In this document: in pieces, positions 60,370 through 64,000 of the stretch
Position numbering within the stretch: position 1 is the first letter of the stretch
Layout: each line of letters starts with the position of its first letter
IMG/VR virus record: IMGVR_UViG_3300037067_001739
Coordinates: 70,398-134,397 of that record
Direction: 5' to 3' (one strand)
Length of the DNA: 64,000 nucleotides
Origin: a virus
Lineage: Duplodnaviria; Caudoviricetes
Translations under genes and position numbers: made by a program
The notes under the pieces: generated by a model
The model's database searches: none
Seen by the model: the letters and a program-made list of their open reading frames with translations, nothing else
What the model was told of the DNA's origin: nothing

Positions 60370-61507
60370 ATATAAAAGAGTTTTCGATTGCATTGTCTGT
60401 GGGCATCGTGTTAATGATGTTATCCAGTTACCAGATTATCCTATAACTGACATCTATGTTGATGTACCAGAAATTGGTACGGTTGACCAAAGTTTGGCTG
60501 TCTGTCCTAAATGTGGACATGCTCAACTTACGTCTTTTGTTGACCCTGAGTTACTCTACAGTAGAGCGTATGCTTTCAGGACGACTGTTGGTGGGTCTGT
60601 AAAGGTTAACGACCAACTTCTTTCCTCACTAGGTGACAGAAAGTTTGACCGCATAGTGGAAGTTGGTTGTAATGACTGCTATCTACTCAATACAATGAGA
60701 GATAGAGCACCAGAGCTTATCGGTATTGACCCTGTACTAGCTGGAAGAGAGTCCGAGTTTTCTGATTCCCAACTAACAGCAATCGGTGACTTTGCCGAGA
60801 ATGTACCACTTGAGAAAAAGGATAATACGTTATACATAACAAGTCATGTTATGGAGCACTTGACGAATCCTAGAACTATGTTGGAGAGTTTAATAAAGTC
60901 TGCTGGTAAAGATTGCTTGTTTGTTTTCCAGTTCCCAGGATTTGATTCATTATTACAGGACTACAGATTCGACCAAGTTTATAACCACCATCTCCATTAT
61001 TTCTCATTGTATTCCATTATCTATCTTATAGAGGATTTGGGATGTAGGTTATTATCATACAGTGTTGACCCGCATTATTGGGGTACGTTGCTGGTTACAT
61101 TTGAACCATCAACTGAACCTAGTAATTTTTCTGGTAAGAAAGTACGTTATGAGGATGTGTTCTCTAAGTATATAAACTTTACTACAATGATGTCGAACAC
61201 TAATGACTATCTTGAGTCTTTCAAAGGCGACAAGATTTATGGTTATGGTGCGGCACTTCAAGTTCCAGTTCTAAGCTATCATCTAAGGAACGATATGATA
61301 GGATTTGAGTGTATCATAGATGATGATATAAAAAAGGATAATAAGTATTTTCTTAATTTACCTGTGAGAATACGTCACTCTAGCAAGGTAGGAAGTTTGG
61401 AAGGTGCGGTAATTTTGATTACGGCACATAATTTCTCAAGAAGAATCATACCTAAGCTTGTGGAGATGAATCCTAAGAGAATTATACTGCCTAATGGTGG
61501 TATTTAA
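60359..61507 (+). CDS. NDP-hexose C-methyltransferase
   Basis: N-terminal CxxC...CPKCGHAQL, VEVGCND, HVMEH, FDQVYNHHLHYFS, GYGAA. Confidence 0.8.
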   Translation: MDVKYKRVFDCIVCGHRVNDVIQLPDYPITDIYVDVPEIGTVDQSLAVCPKCGHAQLTSFVDPELLYSRAYAFRTTVGGSVKVNDQLLSSLGDRKFDRIVEVGCNDCYLLNTMRDRAPELIGIDPVLAGRESEFSDSQLTAIGDFAENVPLEKKDNTLYITSHVMEHLTNPRTMLESLIKSAGKDCLFVFQFPGFDSLLQDYRFDQVYNHHLHYFSLYSIIYLIEDLGCRLLSYSVDPHYWGTLLVTFEPSTEPSNFSGKKVRYEDVFSKYINFTTMMSNTNDYLESFKGDKIYGYGAALQVPVLSYHLRNDMIGFECIIDDDIKKDNKYFLNLPVRIRHSSKVGSLEGAVILITAHNFSRRIIPKLVEMNPKRIILPNGGI

Positions 61508-61614
61508 TGAAAATATGTACAGAGTGTAATAAAGTAGTTGATGATGAAGAGGAAAAGTGTCCCGAATGTGAAAATAGTGAATTTCAGAAACTCATGATTC
61601 TAGAGGGACAGTAG
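61507..61614 (+). CDS. 35-aa Zn-ribbon peptide (missing from ORF track)
   Basis: MKICTECNKVVDDEEEKCPECENSEFQKLMILEGQ*; TAATG overlap with previous gene. Confidence 0.55.
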   Translation: MKICTECNKVVDDEEEKCPECENSEFQKLMILEGQ

Positions 61615-61625
61615 AGGTGACTTAA

Positions 61626-62045
61626 ATGCCAACTAGGGAAGATTTTATTTATGCGGCTGGTGTGGTTGACGGAGAAGGTCAAGTTACAATTGATAGGTCA
61701 ATTAGACCAAGAATGACCAATCCAAGCTATAGCGTCTATGTTAATGTGTACAACACCAACCGTACACTTACTGATTATTTGTTTGATACTTTTGGTGGTT
61801 CTACAAGTTGTACTATTAGTAAAAATCCTAAGCACAAAGATGAGCATAAGTGGACGCTTTATGGTAACAGTGCCGTGTTATTTCTGTCAAAGATTAAACT
61901 ATTTCTTAGATTAAAAAATAAACAAGCTGATATATGTATCAGTTTACAGCAAATCATTAATAACGGTAATCTCAAGCATGATAAACACCTTAGAGAAGAA
62001 CTATATCAACAAGTTAATGATTTGAATAAAAGAGGTGCAATATGA
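61626..62045 (+). CDS. Free-standing single-motif LAGLIDADG homing endonuclease
   Basis: YAAGVVDGEG, FGG, L.LK.KQA; own SD (GAGGTG). Confidence 0.85.
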   Translation: MPTREDFIYAAGVVDGEGQVTIDRSIRPRMTNPSYSVYVNVYNTNRTLTDYLFDTFGGSTSCTISKNPKHKDEHKWTLYGNSAVLFLSKIKLFLRLKNKQADICISLQQIINNGNLKHDKHLREELYQQVNDLNKRGAI

Positions 62046-62539
62046 GTCCCTACGGGATTAAAAATGAAACTCCAAAGCAGACAGCTTGGATGGAAAAGTG
62101 TGTAGAAAGCGTCATGGGTGGTAGTAAAGACATGACGAAGAGTAGAGCAATTGCTATTTGTAAGGTGCAATTGAAGAAGACTGGTACTTCTGAGGAAGCC
62201 ATCAGTGAAGAGAGTTTGAGAGAGAAGTTCTACGCTTTTGAAGATAAAATTAGAGATGCTCTTTCTCCCCAACCAGATATGGTTTCTCCAAGAAGTGGAC
62301 CTTACGTGGTTGACATCTATGATGATTACGTCATTGTTGAGATGGCAGATAAGATGTATAAATTGCCCTATACTATGAGTGGTGATGATGTTTCGTTTGA
62401 TTGGTCTAACGCTACTGAAGTGGAGCGTGTTACGAGTTATGAACCAGTCAAGCAAGCAGAGACATCACCAAAAGTTCCACCTCTTTATAAGAGAGATGGT
62501 GGTAGAGTTGTAACTTATGGTGGAAGAACTGTAAATTAA
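62042..62539 (+). CDS. Hypothetical protein, possibly virion-associated
   Basis: 165 aa in the morphogenesis region. Confidence 0.5.
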   Translation: MSPYGIKNETPKQTAWMEKCVESVMGGSKDMTKSRAIAICKVQLKKTGTSEEAISEESLREKFYAFEDKIRDALSPQPDMVSPRSGPYVVDIYDDYVIVEMADKMYKLPYTMSGDDVSFDWSNATEVERVTSYEPVKQAETSPKVPPLYKRDGGRVVTYGGRTVN

Positions 62540-62552
62540 AGGAGAGGATTTT

Positions 62553-63692
62553 ATGAAGGTTTTATGGATTGGTGACGCTGTTGTAAACAGTGGGTTTAGC
62601 GTGGTTACACACAATATTTGTAATTCGTTGCACAAGAAGTGCGACTTGGAGGTCTTTGGAATTCGCTATAAGAAGGAAATGCCCAACCCATATCCGTATA
62701 AGATTTATCCTGGATTCACTGATACTGATATTTATGGTTTCTCCTACGCACGTAAGGTAATTGAAGATACCTCTCCAGACATCATAGTAGTGTTTAATGA
62801 TGACCATATTGTAGAGAGGTATATTTCACCGCTTTATGGTGGTAACGCAAGAATTGTACCATTGTTTCCAATAAATATGCTTCCTTTGGACACCGAAAGG
62901 ATGCTAGGATTTTCTGTACCGAGTTATAATATTGCTGGTGTTATGACTTATACAAACTTCTCGAAGGGAGAGATTCTAAAAATTAATCCTAATCTTAACA
63001 CTACTGCCATATATCATGGTGTTGATACTATGACGTTTAAGCCATTACCAGACGTTAAATCTCAGTTTGGGTTGAAGAACAATTTTGTTGTTGGTACTGT
63101 CGGTACTAATACTTATAGAAAACGTCTTGACCTTTTCCTAAGAGGGTTTGCCGAATTTGCCAAGGACAAATCAGATGCTAAGTGTTTGGTACATGCTACT
63201 AACTTGGACATGGCTTACGACCTACCATTTACAGCGAAGAACTTAGGGATTCAGGGTAAGACTATTTTGAGTCAAAAACCCAAGGATTTTCCTGACATGA
63301 ATGTTCTGTATAATCTTATGCACGTTAATGTCAATACCTCATTAGGAGAAGGATTTGGTCTTCCTCTTGTCGAGGGTGCGGCGGCTGGTGTTCCTGTACT
63401 TTGTCCAGCACATGGTAATCTTATTGATATTTGGGGTGAAGATGCTACTTACATTGACTTGAAAGATGATGAGTATGTCGCTGGTACTAAATATATTGGT
63501 GGTGTTATTGACATTAAAGATATGGTGTCCAAGCTTAACATGTTCTACGAAAACAGGACTAAACTTGAGGACATGGGTACTAGAGCACTTGACAGAGCTA
63601 ATACTGAACAATTTAGTTGGGAGCACATAGCTGATAAGGTATATGAATTTATACTAAACGCTAATAAGGGAAGAATTTCCTACGTAGACTAG
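62553..63692 (+). CDS. Glycosyltransferase family 4 (GT-B)
   Basis: YHGVD, N..RKR, EGFGLPLVEG.A.GVP, FSW. Confidence 0.9.
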   Translation: MKVLWIGDAVVNSGFSVVTHNICNSLHKKCDLEVFGIRYKKEMPNPYPYKIYPGFTDTDIYGFSYARKVIEDTSPDIIVVFNDDHIVERYISPLYGGNARIVPLFPINMLPLDTERMLGFSVPSYNIAGVMTYTNFSKGEILKINPNLNTTAIYHGVDTMTFKPLPDVKSQFGLKNNFVVGTVGTNTYRKRLDLFLRGFAEFAKDKSDAKCLVHATNLDMAYDLPFTAKNLGIQGKTILSQKPKDFPDMNVLYNLMHVNVNTSLGEGFGLPLVEGAAAGVPVLCPAHGNLIDIWGEDATYIDLKDDEYVAGTKYIGGVIDIKDMVSKLNMFYENRTKLEDMGTRALDRANTEQFSWEHIADKVYEFILNANKGRISYVD

Positions 63693-63727
63693 AAAAAAAA
63701 CATAAAATAATGAAAAATAAGTGGAAA

Positions 63728-63772
63728 AAAGTGTCCCAAAATGGCTAAAATTTTGTAATATAATAATAGGGG
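63728..63772 (+). promoter_or_regulatory. Putative phage-specific (late) promoter, copy 2
   Basis: AAAGTGTCCCAAAATGGCTAAAATTTTGTAATATAATAATAGGGG. Confidence 0.65.
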
Positions 63773-63825
63773 AGTAATACAATACTCTCTATGCCCGCTT
63801 TGGGTGTGCAATAATGGAGAAGTGA

Positions 63826-64000
63826 ATGAAAGAAACAACTTTTAATATAAGTCTTAGTTTCATCGAGGACGAAAAAGAGTTAGCCCAAGCTGGTATCCCT
63901 GAAGAGTACAAGAATCCTCTTTTGACATGGGTTAAGTTCATTTTCACAGATGACCAACCCAATGCAAACAAACAGGGTATTAGTCAGGACGAATTTCCTA
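63826..64000 (+). CDS. 5' fragment of probable head-morphogenesis gene (prohead protease/scaffold-like)
   Basis: GGAG SD; MKETTFNISL...FTDDQPNANKQGISQDEFP, open to the window end; the call rests on position. Confidence 0.45.
   Translation, partial: MKETTFNISLSFIEDEKELAQAGIPEEYKNPLLTWVKFIFTDDQPNANKQGISQDEFP

Noticed and set aside
61626-62045. Group I intron or intein around the LAGLIDADG ORF
   Set aside because: It has its own SD and start, overlaps the next gene, and no interrupted host gene or intein termini are evident; nrdJ and terL also look uninterrupted
1-64000. Alternative genetic code (stop-codon reassignment)
   Set aside because: Known genes are full length in code 11 and end in TAA, TAG or TGA; reading through the TAG at 10379 meets another stop six codons later
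1-64000. Archaeal virus or cellular chromosome
   Set aside because: TTGACA/TATAAT promoters, tmRNA and bL12 point to a bacterial host; terminase, portal and dense small ORFs point to a phage

Overview
The window is part of a large tailed bacteriophage genome infecting a bacterium, probably anaerobic. The bacterial host is indicated by sigma70-type promoters, Shine-Dalgarno sites, a tmRNA and a bL12-domain gene; anaerobiosis is only suggested by a B12-type ribonucleotide reductase and very Cys-rich proteins. Positions 1-34.4 kb are a minus-strand early/accessory arm of mostly small ORFs, plus a P-loop kinase, family-4 UDG, a RuvB-like ATPase, DUF4338-like and DGQHR proteins, a MoxR AAA+/VWA pair, Ku, an ATP-dependent DNA ligase, RtcB and a GHKL ATPase. 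Positions 34.4-39.3 kb are a divergent strand-switch region with repeated intergenic modules. From 39.3 kb the plus strand carries a tmRNA, ClpP-like peptidase, dUTPase, NrdJ, terminase and portal, then an ~11 kb nucleotide-sugar/glycosyltransferase island, a LAGLIDADG endonuclease, a GT4 and the start of a probable head gene. The most striking feature is a 12-residue motif, C-x2-C-x2-[RK]-[FY]-x-C-[FWYLI]-[TS]. It occurs in 25 otherwise unrelated proteins (plus 2 variants), often as a terminal add-on to recognisable domains, and is conserved as protein rather than DNA. It is a candidate genome-wide metal/Fe-S 'tag' system. Other notable items are a tmRNA with an apparent 40-codon tag, three positional classes of promoter, operator-like arrays, and a 45-bp putative late promoter present twice. 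All calls come from reading motifs by eye; no database search was run.
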